Source: Pocillopora damicornis
Taxonomy: Eukaryota
Assembly: GCF_003704095.1 (NCBI RefSeq)
Contig: NW_020844790.1
Location: forward strand, 310,001 to 374,000
Direction: 5' to 3'
DNA length: 64,000 nt
The notes beneath the pieces are model-generated. The model was given only the letters and a program-made list of their open reading frames with translations. It did no database searches and was not told the DNA's origin. This document shows, piece by piece, positions 30,982 to 45,234 of the stretch (position 1 is the stretch's first letter; the number at the start of each line of letters is the position of its first letter). The position numbers were made by a program, and so were the translations under genes.

Positions 30982-33900
30982 CTGTTTTCAAAACCTGTGC
31001 AAATTTGAAAATATGTATTATGTACATCCCTTTTCTTTTCACATAAAAAAGGGACACTTTTCGACAAGAAAACAAAAATGATGAATGAAATACTAAATAA
31101 CTTTCGACACTAAGTTTAAAATTGCTCTCTAAATCCACCTTTATTTCCTGGATCCTCTTTGAAACTTCATCGGGATCCATTCCCACACGAAGCGAATTTA
31201 CCAACTTCTCAGAGTCATTTATCCACTGGTTCATGGACTGAACTTGTCCATCAAAATCTCTAATCTTTTTCTCTAGGACTGACTGTAAAAGGCAAAAATA
31301 TTTACGTCAAATTCAGCCATACAGTAGCCCACAACGCAAATAACTATAAAAAGGAACTCTCTGCCTATCAAAATGCACTTTAATCGCGAGCTAAAGGAAA
31401 ATATTAGTCAATTAAGACAAACATGCTTGCTTGACCGCCTCCCGTGAGCTAAGCCAGCACTCTAGGTTAGTATTAAGGCATTTGGCAACAAGTCCAAGGT
31501 TGAAAACAGACACGAACACAATACAGTTAAACCCTGGATCACAGGAAAAGTAGTCTGTTTTGAACTTTTTTAAAAGGATAGATCTCAAGGGATAATTTAC
31601 GATTTGATTGACTCGTTACCTTAGGGGAGTCCAGTTCCGCGAATCCCTCGTCTGAAATATCATCTGCGAGTAAGTCATCAAGAGATGCAGCAAGCATGTT
31701 GTAATCATCGCTGATCTGAATTGTTTCTTCTTCCACTGCTACAGGAGATTTATTGTTCCGCTGATTAAAATCAAGAAGATCCGTTGCCAGTCTAGAGAAG
31801 AAAAAATCTAGTATTATGAGACTCTTTCTGATAAAAGTAACCTGCAGGGAACAAATTACATTCGCCTGCAGGGGGCAGAATATCTCACAAAATGCTGTTA
31901 GTGTAACAGGAAGAGAAAAAGAGATAGGCACGAACACCGGTAGTAAGTACGAATAATCTAACAGTATTAATAAGTAAATATATAAATACGTAGTTGTGGA
32001 AGTCCTTGCGAAAGAGAGTTCTCTTATAAACAAAAAAGGATGATTATTATACATTTCAATTATTTATTGGTCAGCTCCTCCTAAGTTGACATTCATAATT
32101 TTCAATAACATCACGCTTTACCTATCTCCATTCTCTCTGCACATTTTCTTTAGTTGTTTCTGTTTTTCTCTAAGAGAATCTGTTTCCTTGTGAACTTCTT
32201 CAAATTTTCCTTTCTTGATAGAACCTCTCTCCAGTAGGCTACGCGCTAAAACATTCACCTCGATGATTTCACTGTCATATGATCCTATGTCATCCATCAG
32301 CCGCTGAGTGAATAGAATAACAAAGAGAGATTGAAGTTGGAAAACAAATATCCTTTAGATCACCGATAAATGGTAGGATCTTAATGATAGTCACAAGAAT
32401 TCTCTCAATGAAGCGATAACAGACGTGAATTAACGATCGCAGAATATGAGAAACTCTAGGTAAAGGATTCCTTACGAGACAGTAATGTACCCCCGGTTTG
32501 GGATTCTTCAAAAACTCAAAGAAAATCTCAGGTAGTGGTATACTTTCTTGTGAAACCTTTCACCGCCATAACACGAATCATCTTTTCTCTTTCTAGTCAC
32601 GTTGCGTTTCCCATAATTCATTACGACGGATTTGGTGTCACATCCATGATTTAATAAGATTTCAAGGAGATGCTACATCTGAATTACTTCTAGTACTTAA
32701 GATGTTGATTTTCTATATCTATGAAAGTTCTCTATTCCATTTTGGTTGAATAGAAAATATACTCCTCTAGCTTCTAGACAAGTTAATGATTTAAAAAAAC
32801 AAACGTAATATAAATGTAACTTCTTTAAAGTAATCAATAATCAAGGATAAAGGCCTTAAAAGGATTCGTATCCTTTGAGTGAATTTCTGGATCACGGTAC
32901 GGTGCTTTACGAACTATAACCTAACATGAGACTTGCATTGCGGCCAGGCAAACACATATTAGAAACTCAAGTTTTTACCCCTTTTTGTGGTAAAATAACT
33001 TGCAGAACAAGTAATGTGGACACGAAGCGCATATGTAAGGATTACCGCCAACTTTTGCCTTATTAGTGCCACACAATAGCTAATAACTAATTTTGGTAGA
33101 ATCTTGTATCAAACTGAACGATGATAGCAGACTCCTACCTTCTGTTTGAGGATGTTTTCTTCAAGCGAAAGCCGCTCATCTTCGTACATTTCAGGTCTAT
33201 TTATCTGCCTCTCGATATCGTTAAACTCCTTGCTCATCTTCAGTAAGGACTTGTCGTTAAGGTCCAGAGTGGCTTTAATAATGCTACATGCAGTGATGAC
33301 AAAATGAAACAATTTAAAATCATATTTCTCAGTTACAACGCATGCTAAAGTTGGTTGCTTAGGGCTTAGATGGAGGAAGAAAAACTTTCGGTGCAGACCT
33401 CGAACTCTGTGATTACAAGTTTGTAATCAATTTTCATCAACACACACATAGGATTACTCAGCGTTTAAAAATAGAAAGACAGCAAGGAAACTACCTTTAC
33501 CTCATGCAAATAATGAGTATAAAGGAAGTGATGTCATAACCTCTCAAATTCTCCACATGGATCGCGCTCCAAAAATAAACACCTATTATGACTCATCCAC
33601 AATTTCAAAATCACGAATACAGCTCTACAGGCATCCATTCACTCTTCTACCAAACCTCTATGGCAACAAGCGAGGTAAGTGAGACATTATTTCAGGGAGA
33701 GAAGGTAGAAAGCATGGAGTTGAAAAAATTCGAGAAGGTTAACCGTTTTGTTTTAATTTATTATCCTAATTCACTACTCAATGCTTTTAATATCTTATAA
33801 AATAGTGAATCTCTTACCGAGTCTTATTATTGATGTGTTCCCCCCACAATTGATCCCAGCGGTTCTTCAGATCCTCCACTCTCTTGCCCAGGATTTCAGT

Positions 33901-36900
33901 GTCAGTATCATTGAAGAAGTCTTCCTCTTTAGCCTTTTCAAACTTATCTACTTGTGAATGAAACTCAGATCTTGATTTCTCGACATCCCTCTCAAATCTC
34001 TGAAAAATGCAAATAATCTTTTAATTTTGAAAACGTTTCGGCAAGAAGAAACGAAATAAACGCCTGAAAAGTATGCTGGATTTACGCCAATTCTCTTTCC
34101 TGTGAACATTTGAATTCGTAGTAAGTGTTTTGCAAAAAGGAACCAAAATTGCTCTGGCCACTCCTAAGCTGTCTAAAGGCAAAGTATACCCTCCGAATAA
34201 AAGTTTTTATAGATCCACAGTATTTCCGTCCGGGGTTGGATAATAATGTTGGCGAGTTTCAGTGTTACGAGTATGGCAGAAAACGTATATCGTGAGAAGG
34301 GAGGGTACTGTCCTCCATACCGAGATAAAGTTGAAAAAAGAGGCGAACCGCCTTGAAGTATACAGAGATCTTCAAAAACAATTCTTAAGAACGAAAGTTG
34401 ATTTTTCTAATGTCACGACAATATAAGAGAGTCAAAAATAGTGTCAAGTACAAGTCTGACGAAACATTCCACGTGCTTAAGCATCAATGTAGACGCTTGA
34501 GATATGCACTGTAGATGCCTGCATTCTCTCCACTTACCGTAATATCGTTCAACTGTTTTTTCAACTCCTTCCTTCTAGTCTCTGGAACTGAAAATTTCTG
34601 AAGCGACTCCTCCTCAAGACTTTGCTCATTCCTTTCGCAATACTTAAGGGATGAGTCAAAGGATTTAAAAGCATTGGACTGTTTCTCCAACCTAGTGGTG
34701 AAATCAAACGGTATTCTTCTTGCAATAGCCGATACATGCATGGTAAATATGATGACACGAGTTACATAGTAGGTTGAGAGTAAGGCTAATAAAGCTTGGA
34801 AGATTAAGCGAAGGCTATCAAAGATCAGATAAAACTCTTTTATGTGCCACCGTGATTGTGAACTTAAAATAAATCCGAACGGCTTACGTATCCTTGACTT
34901 TTCTCCGAGGCTATAAGTTTTTCAATTGCACTTTATGTTGACCCCTCCTTCCCCTCCTGTCCTTGTTCTTTTTCTATTTACTCTTGTTTCTCCAGGACAA
35001 ATCTACTTAGGAATTTTTTTTTCAAAATGGTCTCATTCCAGTGCTCGCAAGATGTCACTCCCTTTAGGAGACTCAAGGGAACACAGTTTTCTTTTTCCTT
35101 CATCGTTGTGTTGCCCCACAGAAATGAAAAGAAATGAATATTAAATGGAGAATACTAGAGAGACGACGTTAACAATCAAAGTGGTTGCATTAGGAAAATG
35201 CTTCATGATATCTTGCCAAAAGGTCTACCCATCATCGATCAAGATTAATTTACTCTTTCAATGGCTCTCAAATAACTGCAGAACTTTACCTGAGACTTTC
35301 CTCGTCAGAATCGTTGTCTATTTTCACAACAACGTGCACAGGGTCCAGGGAAGCATTCAAATCCACGGCGGCTGAACTGGTAACAATCTCTTTCTTGGAT
35401 AAAACACGGATCCTTTCATCAACTTTTGAATTCTGATGCATAGATAAAATGATAACAGAATTGATTGGGAGAGTTCTGTATGAATCACACTTTAGAAATT
35501 GCTTACTTTTGGTCTTCTAGTCGAGGTAGAAGTTATTATTGACTTATTTCCTTAGTTTTACTTGGCGAACAGATCATTGCGAAGAATATTACTCCGAAAA
35601 ATCTGTTACCCTGTACACTGACACTGATGCAGATCTATAGCCAATTTAAAAGTTTGCTTGGCCCTTATACCTCCATTATCTTATATATCTGTGATTCTTC
35701 CTTACAGACCTACATTTTTTTATTTAACTTATCAGAAGTAATTTGGATCAAGATCTATTTGACTCATTTTGGAAAGTTTCAATCACCTGCACGTTAAATA
35801 ATGTACTGACAATGGTACGAGAAGTTAAATTCCAGTTACTAATGGGAGTGTGGTGAAAAGATGGCTTCCGTTTTGGAGCGTTTTTCTCTTCAGTTCTTAG
35901 ATAAAACCAACAATCTAACAATGCTTACCTGATCTGATGAAACAGTCAAATCCAGTGATGTTCGTTTGGTAACAGTTTCCTTCATAGAGATATCAATTTT
36001 TCTTTCATTAGCATCCTGATCCTGCAAGATAGTGACAAAAATTGGTTAAAATTTCACTTAGGCAAGTTTTTGATACACATCTACCAAAGTTGACCTCGAA
36101 CTTTTTCTTCGACAAAAGAGAATGATTGAAAATAGTTTCCTCTTTCAGAGAAATGCTTATTTCACGCCTTTTCTTCCCGTCCATTCCTTCGTCAACAGCG
36201 AGTGACCGTTTTTTAGAGGAATGGCTTTACAAATTTGCAGGAATACCTTTGTCTCGACTTCTTTTTTCTGCTGCGCCTCGCGTTTTTTCCGCATGGATCT
36301 TTTCCTTCGAAACGATGAATTTCTCCGTGAGCTAAACCTTCGAATAATCGACTGCCTCTGCTTTACGAGCCTTTGTCTTAACTTGTTGATCTCAGCGTAA
36401 ATCCTATAAAGAGAAGGAATGACAGATTTTGCCTTTCGCTTAGTTTCTTAAAGATGTCTCACAGTATAATTTTGGATGTTATTATCCAAAATTATATATA
36501 ATTATATATAATTTTGCAGTTATGTTTACGGCTACAACCCATTTATATCAAATCCTCAAACTAATTCCTTCCATATATCACCTGTCTCGACTTGCATTCA
36601 GCCGATTATCGATCGATTCCCATTTTGCAACGATAACATTGATAACACGTTCCAATTCGTCAGTATTTTCCTCGTCGAGTCGTCCACTCTTCATGAGTGT
36701 AGCGGCTATGTCGTTCATGTTATGCAGTCTAGGCTTGGACTTCCTAAAGTTCTCTAGGACTTTCTTTGGATAGAAAAAAAAATCAAAGGCACTTATTAAG
36801 TTCAGGTTTGGGCCATTGCAGACAATTAATTGTTCCCAACATTTGNNNNNNNNNNNNNNNNNNNNNNNNNNNNNNNNNNNNNNNNNNNNNNNNNNNNNNN

Positions 36901-39900
36901 NNNNNNNNNNNNNNNNNNNNNNNNNNNNNNNNNNNNNNNNNNNNNNNNNNNNNNNNNNNNNNNNNNNNNNNNNNNNNNNNNNNNNNNNNNNNNNNNNNNN
37001 NNNNNNNNNNNNNNNNNNNNNNNNNNNNNNNNNNNNNNNNNNAGGAAGAGGCATTACATGATTTCCAAGAAAATCACTTTCATCAACCATCGATTATTCT
37101 AAATCTAAACACTTGTAGTTGTTATTGTTTCTGTTTATTCCTCTTTTTCTTTCTAATCCGTCTGCTAACTGGCTTTTAACCTTTAACTCAAATGTTGTCA
37201 AAATCTCACCTTCAAGCCGCCGGTGCAAATAGCTAATTTAGGATGTCTTAGAAAGGCTCTGGCCCTAACAATCCTAACTTAGGCATGTGCTGGATACTTA
37301 TTTAAAGGGTAAAAGAGGAGCAAAGACCACGACAAAATGGCAGAACAAACCCAAACAAAGTGTTGTGGTATCATCCATAGAAGTTGAAACATGACGAGTG
37401 TACACTCATGTCTATATATACACTGATGCGAACCTGGTTTTCATGAAGCTGTAATCTCACAGCTGTAATCGTGGTTCCCAACTTTTCCGGGTGATCTGCA
37501 TATGGGTCGTATTCCATTAGCAATGAATCCGCTATTTCAGCATTGTTCATCCACAAATCTAACTTGGAATATTCAGTTTGCATTTCCAAAACGAACGCTT
37601 CGATGCTGAAATAATTAATAGAAAAGGTGGTGTTTGACCCCATTTAGGATACTTTCATAAACTCAAAGAGGTGAGAGGTCGAGTGAAAAAAATATCTGGA
37701 TTCGATAAAGATCTCCGGTATACCTTGAAGAAAATTCAGATTAGAGTTGATTGTGATGGCTCTTTGATGAGCTAAAACATTATACATTATGCGTGATGTG
37801 CCGAATGAAGGTTATTTAAAAACATGTTTATTCCAACATCAGATATATTAACTATCAACAGTAAATTGGCATGACTGTGTGATTAGCGGCCAGGGTCTTT
37901 TTACCTGTTGCACTTGTCGACGGCGTCTTTGCAAAGTACATTCCACCGACTGCTTATTGCTGCAATTTCCTGTCTCATCTTTTCCTCTTTGCTTTTGGTT
38001 ATTTTACCTTCCTCCAGGCTTATTTTTCCAGATTTGGTCACCTGATCAACTGTTTCTGCCTCAGTAGATATATCGCTGATTAAAATCTGCGAATAATGAG
38101 AAAAATATCACTTGATAGAACTTGAATAACCACAAACAATATTCTTCTATGATAAAAATTGATGGACTTGCTCTATTCACAGATCTACTGTAATGTTTTT
38201 ACGAGAACATCACCATTCAAGAACCATAAGAACTACGAGAGTTCCAGTCTAACTCAAAATAATTATGATAAACAAGCTTTCCAAAGGATCCTATCCACGC
38301 ACCTTTCTTCACTTTTTATCCACCCTTTATTCAAATTTCAAATAAAAGTTTCTTCGTTTCACCTTTGCAATCCAGACCTCTATGCAGTAGAAATCTGGAT
38401 AATGAAGATGGCTAATAACAGTTGATAACTGATACCTTGTAATTTGTAATGTCATTCTCTATTGTTTCAAAGTTTATGGATCTTTTGGATTTCCTTCTTC
38501 TTCCAACCGCCGCGCCATGAATCTTAGACTCTTTAGAGTTTCTCTGCTTCCGGATTTCAGTGAGTGTATCCAGAGCACTGTAACAGAGAGACATGCCCAT
38601 GAGTAAATATTACGACACTGTATTATTAATCAGCATCGTTATTTTCTATTTGCCATTTTGATGCTTCCTCCAAACAGAGTCAGTGCTTAATCATTGTAAA
38701 TTCTAACAAAATCTCTGTAGACACTTTATTTTCTTTCATAATCGTGATGGTTTAACACGTACTTCATCGTGAAATAAAATATTACCTTACAAGTTTTGCC
38801 AGCCCATCAAGGACATTTTTATTCAGAGGACGGACATCGCTCTCTTTAGCAGTTTTCAGTAACTTGACTGAAGAAGTTTTGCGGCCCTATAACATTTAAG
38901 GTAAGCTTTAATCAGTGCATTCAATCACTTGTCTTCATGTTTGTTCGTATATTTATACTGAAAGTATAAAACCTAAGGACATATACGCCGTAAAAAACGG
39001 ATACAGATAAGAATAAATCAAATAAAGATGTCATAAAAGGTGGACTCAACTAATACGTATTTCAAGAGTGTAAATACATTGAATAAGGGGGTCAAGTTTC
39101 TCGAGAAACTGTGATGCTGTTTCAGTGGGTGGTACGACAAGATTATTGAAAGCTGATATTTCAAGCCCTAACCCTTAGACAGAGCAAAACAAAACTCAGC
39201 TGATAAAGCCAAATTATATTACACGTATCTTAAAAATGCTTTGACTTACTTTTGAAGTAAGTTCGCTCGTCGAGAAGTTATGTTTTAGTGCCCTAGTTTC
39301 TAAGACCTTCAACGAACGGCTCAGCTTGGATAACTGTTCTTTCAGATCCTCGTAAACCTGCTTGTTATCACGGCTAGATATGGAGAGATCAACTCAGTTA
39401 GAATTTGGTCCGACGAAAGATTAATCATAAATAGACTACAAAATAAAGGAAAAACTTAGTAGTTTAAAATAAGATTGAAGTAAAAGGAACATTCCACCAA
39501 GATGCCCACATTATAATAACTTCCCTTTCACTTATATGTATTTTAGACTATGTTTGTGTCCAGTTGTAGTCAATTTCGCGGGTCCCATTTCCTGTCTTCA
39601 TTGTAAGTGTAGCTAGGATTTTATAATCAGAAGTAAATCAAGCTTGAGCGTGTAGCCAATTTTACGTAATGCAGTCGTAAATGTTTTCTCTCGATGTAAT
39701 AATCTTTGATAACCATATGCATCAAAAGCAGCCAATGTTAATTGTAACTTTGCCACAATATGTTCTGTATGAATCATTATTTCTTTTAAAGTTCTTTTAA
39801 AAAAATCCACGGTCATTTGAAGCAAGGTGTAAAACGAAAAAAAAAAGGAAAACAACAAAATAAATCTGCGTTCATTTAAAATAAGTGCTTGTTGTGGGAT

Positions 39901-41638
39901 TCCGTAAAAGGAAGCGTTTTGATCTGAACGAACTTGGTAACAGGTGAATTCAAGTAGTTTGCCTCATGACGTCATGCATTCAGAAATTCCCGTCAACAAC
40001 GAAGAAAAATTAGAGAAAAATAGAATTAGATGGTAAGGTCTTTGAAGGCGGTAAGAAGTGATCAGGAAAATTTATTTCAGTTATAAATGTGCCTCCCCAC
40101 TCCCAAAAAAAAAGAAGGTGTCGCATGATAAAACTAAAAAGAAAAGATCTGATCTAGTTTTGTATAAAATCAAATTAATGGCGATTGAATGAGCCTTCCG
40201 CTTTACAGGTAAACAACACCTTTTTTTTTTCGAGATATTTCAATTAAACCAATGTGGGCCCAGGATCCCACAATTCTTTAGGAAGAGGGAGAGTTAATGT
40301 GCTTTTCAAGAAGAGAGCCCTCTATTGCAGGAATATCTCTTGTCTTTCTGGATATGAGAGATAACGTAAATGATTTTAAATTGCATTAATTCATGAAGGT
40401 TAGCCAAAACTCATCGGATAATGAAAAGAAAAGATTTGTTTCCTCAGAGTCAGAGCACTTTTTATAAAAAGTTCAACGAAAGTCCAGCGAAAGGAAAGCT
40501 AATCCAAGAGCTTAGCGGTGCATGAGGTCAACTATGGTTGAAATGTTAAGCACAATGTTAATTTTATGGTTTGCTGGTTATATTATTCCAAGTTGTCGAT
40601 GCGTATATCAAGCTCAATATTACGTTTCTCGAGGCAAAAAAAAGTAAGCTTTTGCGTTTGACGCGAGTCTAGATCCCTCCAGCTCCGTGAGAACTTTCAA
40701 GAAAAGCATGAGCTTCATCATGTGCTTGGGAGGGCGTCGCTAACAACCAGTAAATAGTTTTTCAGCCCCTTTTGCTGCCAAAGCAGAAGATAAACTGATG
40801 TGATTTTGCTTCCTCGATAGGGTATCGAAGTAAAAAAAGATAAGCGTGCAATCTCTGTCCAGAGCCGAAGCAATTAGCCAGCGGTCCATTGTGAAAACAG
40901 CTGAAAGGCTTTTGCTAAAACGTGTTACAAACCTCTGGAAAACGTCAGATTTCCTTTAGTCAACCTTTTGAAGTACGCAACCGAACGTAATAGAGTGTAG
41001 AGTAAGTGTGAAATTCAAGTGGAGCCGGGTTTTTTCGATGAACCTTTGTACTTTCATCTAGACTCAATAAGGCTTAGCAACGTGCCAGTTTATTTCTCGA
41101 TGTTTGAACGACAGCCTCTGTTACTAGTCCGTGACTAAACACTCATGCTTTGGTGTCTAATCAGTTGGTTGACAAGCTTGTTTGCCAAGCGTTTTGTTTA
41201 ATTGAATGATTAACAACAAACATCGAAAGGTACACACAATTTTATCTAATCAAACAGAAATGGCTGAAATAGAGGTCTAACATCAGTTCTAAACCCAACT
41301 TTCTTATTTTATGATTATCCGAAACCAGAAATGATCACAGATCCTGCTAGATTTAAGTAATTACATAATGCATATTTGCTTAACAGTTTGCCAGTTTCGA
41401 TTTCAAAATTTATTGCAGGCTTCTACAAACAGTCTCTATGAATGAGAGTGTCCCATTCAAAATAGTTTTGCAGCTCCGGAAACTTTGTGAAGTGATATAC
41501 CTTTACAAGGCTATTATCATGACCAAACGAAGCGATTGTGGATCGCACATATCAGTTCCACATGTCATCATCAAAGTAAGATTGCTCTCACTCTCAAGCG
41601 GTATAATTAAACATACTTTACCTGTTCTTCGAGGCCAT
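30170..41638 (-). CDS. Spectrin-repeat (dystrophin/nesprin rod-like) protein, about 17 exons and about 850 aa, with a C-terminal CCC and CaaX
   Basis: Phase-consistent exons at about 41638-41622 (tentative start MASKN), 39372-39250, 38887-38785, 38577-38436, 38086-37905, 37604-37434, 36763-36581, 36404-36247, 36021-35929, 35432-35290, 34691-34518, 33999-33818, 33283-33139, 32303-32121, 31791-31620, 31282-31139 and 30433-30170. Spectrin Trp motifs include [42 protein letters not shown] and LNKKWRDT. Confidence 0.75.
30927..30976. repeat. (TA)n microsatellite
   Basis: About 24 TA units in the last intron of the spectrin-repeat gene. Confidence 0.95.
36846..37042. other. Assembly gap (197 N), intronic
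   Basis: Run of N. Confidence 1.
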
Positions 41639-42884
41639 ATCTCTCAGCTGTAACCAAACAATTCTTTAAACAAACCAAGTGTCTGCTGAAAGCAGTTGCT
41701 GCAAGTTTTTTTCCTACAAATACTTAACAAAAACAACCCTCTGCCCTTTAGAGACAAAGCTTTAAGATTAATGACTTTTTAACGGAACTCCAAAAATGCA
41801 TACATATCCCACAAACAAAGCCTCCAATAATGAGTTATTATGAAAAGACAATAGCAAGAAAATACTTGATTGCTGTCACGCTAAATTGGTCTCTCTGGAA
41901 CTGTGCGGCGCAAATATTTTTCGAAGAAAACTACTCGGCTGTTCAACACTGAGAGATTTCACCATCACCACTTTCACCATCGTTGTTAGTAGGTGTAACA
42001 CTGGTGAAATCTCCGAACTTATATGAAAAACTTTTGAGAAATGTTTCCCAATCTTGCTTCTTTCTCGTAAATTCTTGTGGTGCCTGTAAATCACTCGGGA
42101 CATAAGCTGGTGTCAAAAAAAAATGAAATGACGACAAAATATGAAACTCATTAGCTCTAATTGTCTTTCTAAGAACTTTGTAGAATTTTTTTTTGGTCAA
42201 GAAAAAAAAGGAATAACAACAGAATTTGAGACCAACCATCAAGGCTTTCACAGAAACTTATGAACACTGTCCCCCGAAAATTGAAAGTTTTTGAAATAAG
42301 AAGTTCATCAATGTTTTGGCACGCCACCAAAACATTTTTGACAAAGGCGCACACTGCTGAGACAAAAACCAAGGGAGAGAAATTTGAAAAAAAAGATTTT
42401 AGCTATGCCCCGAGGCGAGGGCTCAATAAAAAAGACTGCGTGAGGCTTCCTTCTGTTCAATCATCGGTCTTTACCACAAGGATTCCAAGCCCCAACGGAG
42501 CACAATTATAACCAGTTCTCTAGAGCAGAACATCATCAGTGAATTAAGCTCAGTGACTTTTTGGACTTCCTTCTTTAAGACTTATTGTGTGAGTGAGGCT
42601 GCGACAAATATGAGCTTAGATTGAATTAAGAGTGATGAGAGACTCCAGAAATTATGAGTTTGAGCGGGTCTTTAAAAGATTTCGAACACTTTCGTTTACG
42701 TACCTGTACATTTTTGCAGGATTTCACTGAAGCGTATTCGCTAATTATCGTTTTGAGGCTGGCATTTCCAATGCCAGCCGTTTCAAATAGTGAGGGTATA
42801 TTGTGAAGTTGAAGAACCAAACCGAACACAGATAGAATGGTACCATTCGGGATTTTTTGCTGAAAAAGGTTGAAGAGGAGCACT

Positions 42885-43099
42885 TAACCCTTTATAATTC
42901 CCAATATCCGGCTGACTGTTAATTCTCCCCTTTAGCTACTACACATTTCCTTGTAAGTTAGTAATGAGAACTAGATGCTAGATCAAGATAGCAGCTTCAA
43001 CCCGACAATTTTGAATATACTCATTACCTGTTTGCCGAATAATGTATTGATATTATTGGGAGAAATTTCATGTTTATCACTACTGGGAGTTAAAGGGTG
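42885..43099 (-). mobile_element. TTAA-CCC...GGG type (piggyBac-like) MITE, degenerate
   Basis: TTAACCCTTTA...GGGAGTTAAAGGGT. It is a reverse-orientation homologue of 55367-55578. Relics also occur near 2230, 12700 and 18295. Confidence 0.65.
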
Positions 43100-44253
43100 A
43101 AAAAATCTTGGGAGAGGGGTATGAGAAAGGAAGGATTGAGAAGTACAACTTGTCATAGAAGACGGAGATACTTTTGTCAAACTTACTGCTATTTCCAGCA
43201 AGCGCCGACGCAAATAAAAAAGACTTAGACCATTAGGGAAAAAACAACAAAAGAAAAGGTAGAAAAATTGATGAATAAATAAAACAAAAGAAAAACAAAA
43301 GTTCGATGTTCAACATGAATGCATAGACCCTAATCCTAACCCTAACGCTAACCCTAAAGCAATACAATCATAACTTTTTTTCAAATTCAATTAAGTGGGG
43401 GAGGATCACAAGATTTTCGGGGGGGGGGTTGGGGGGTTGGGGGGAATGGAGGGAAGGGGGGCACCATAGAAAATTTATTGCCGATTGTCTCCTATTGAGA
43501 GAGGGGGGAGGAAATCAGGTTAAGTTTAGCATGATACAACCAAAAATCCGTCGAACAGTCCCTCACTGATCAAAAATCCATCAAGTCCCGAAGCATCCAT
43601 TTCGGCTCCGGTATTTTCGTTTAAATTTCTTCATTTTCTGTTTCTTGACCCTTTCTTGTGCATCGTAGATCAAAATATTTTAATTCAGGAGAGATTTATG
43701 TATACTCCAGTAAGTATTTAAATCACTTATTCAGGCTCCGCATAAAATACGAAATCAGTGCTTAAAAAAACAAGTCACAATAGAAAGAACAGTAAGTAAA
43801 CATGGCAAATGTTGTAAACTATGGCACACAAACATTCATAAATCTCCGAGGACTTTTCCGTGAGGCAACATTTTGCAGGATAGAGGCTTAATGTCGGTTA
43901 TAACCTTACTCTCATTAAGCGTTTAAAAATAAAGGCATGCATGACTCAATGATCAGAAAGTTCATTTAATAAACCTTGGAAAGAACTCAGCCTTTCCTCT
44001 GTCATTTTTATGTTAGAAAAAAAGTCATCTACTCAAAGGATGTAGCGCCTAACTAAAAATAAAAAAGCATAGGTGGACTTCTTTGGATTTCACAACATCA
44101 CGATGAATGAGAAATTTCAATAGCGATTAATATCGTTCCTTTGTCAGATTTAAACTACTTAACTTAACGGCACAATAATGCTTTCATCTAGATTAAAGCT
44201 GTTCATTATTTAAGGTCTGCCTTCAACAAGCTAAAAATGTTGTCGTGTCTGCC

Positions 44254-45142
44254 CTATTGGAATATTTGGTAACACCCGCATTCTTCGACAATCATATTAT
44301 CAAGGGAACGCATTACTACGGTATCCTTTTCGAAATACAATATACGGATTGGCCGCAATTTGACCGGCACACAACAGGCAGCCATGCCATCCGTCGAATT
44401 TAGTTTATTCTTCCTGTTCAGGGTCACCCGTGCATATTTGTTGACATTCTGAAGTTGTTTTATGTTGCATTTCCCCACGCACTGATAAGCATTGAAGCGG
44501 AGAGGATGCAAGATGCTATTGTTTGCAGCGTTGACCATCCTATCCACTTTTCGGCAAGCATGTTCATCAGCTATATCTTCCACGTTCTTAGGATGAAGTC
44601 CTCGTGGTGATACATCTATCTTACTTTGGGATTCCATTTTGTGGAATTCATTGTGGGCATTGGGAGCTAGAAGAGATGAAGAAGCAGAAAATGGAGTTTG
44701 AAAGCCGTTTATAAGTCTTTTTTGTTCAGTAAGAGCAAAATTTGATCAAGTCAGGATAAGCAGACTTGAAATAACGTTGTGCATATTCCAATGGAAATAT
44801 CTTTGAAAAAGATGTAATCTTCATCCAACAGATCTTTTTTGATTCGAAGGCACACTAAGAAAAGCGTTTTGAAAACCAGTATCTCAGAAAAAAAATTATG
44901 CTGATGTTTCTCGCCTTGGGTTAGGGTTAAGGTTAAGGTTAAGGTTAGTTTTATACTTTCCTACCCGCGTCTTGAAACAGAGAGGACGCTCCGTTTGGAC
45001 CTTCAGGTCCTGATAAGCTTTCGCACTCTTCAGTGAGCGAGCTTTTCGCTGGATGCTTTTGAACTGGAATTCCGTTTACAGGCGCAAACGAACTCAGAAT
45101 ATAGAGAACCAACATCACAAGGAAGAAGAATGGCTGAAACAT
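44254..45142 (-). CDS. Miniature TGF-beta/BMP-family ligand 1, 196 aa (exons 45142-44965, 44666-44254)
   Basis: Signal peptide MFQPFFFLVMLVLYILSSFAPVNG and a phase-1 intron. The cystine knot reads ACRK...P..FNAYQCVGKC...ACCVPVKL..I.ILY......MIVEECGC. Confidence 0.9.
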
Positions 45143-45227
45143 ATTGAAGAGTGATGCAAATTATCTACTCACAGTCTCTATCTTTGAATACCCTCTGAAA
45201 ACTAGCCGACGAAAGTTTGTGGGCACC

Positions 45228-45234
45228 TTAAATA
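45228..45234 (-). promoter_or_regulatory. Putative TATA-like box (TATTTAA) of TGF-beta gene 1
   Basis: It lies 86 bp upstream of the ATG, the same spacing as the TATAAA of gene 3. Confidence 0.45.

Noticed and set aside
30800-31081. YIYIYI-containing ORFs
   Set aside because: Translations of the (TA)n microsatellite.
36578-37179. ORFs spanning X runs
   Set aside because: Artefacts of the N gap. Only about 36581-36763 (-) is a real exon.
43327-44950. Telomere-like tracts (CCCTAA at about 43327, TTAGGG/TTAAGG at about 44918) and a G-rich run at about 43397-43460
   Set aside because: Only 4-5 degenerate units. Such tracts are common low-complexity sequence, and there is no evidence of a fusion site or function.
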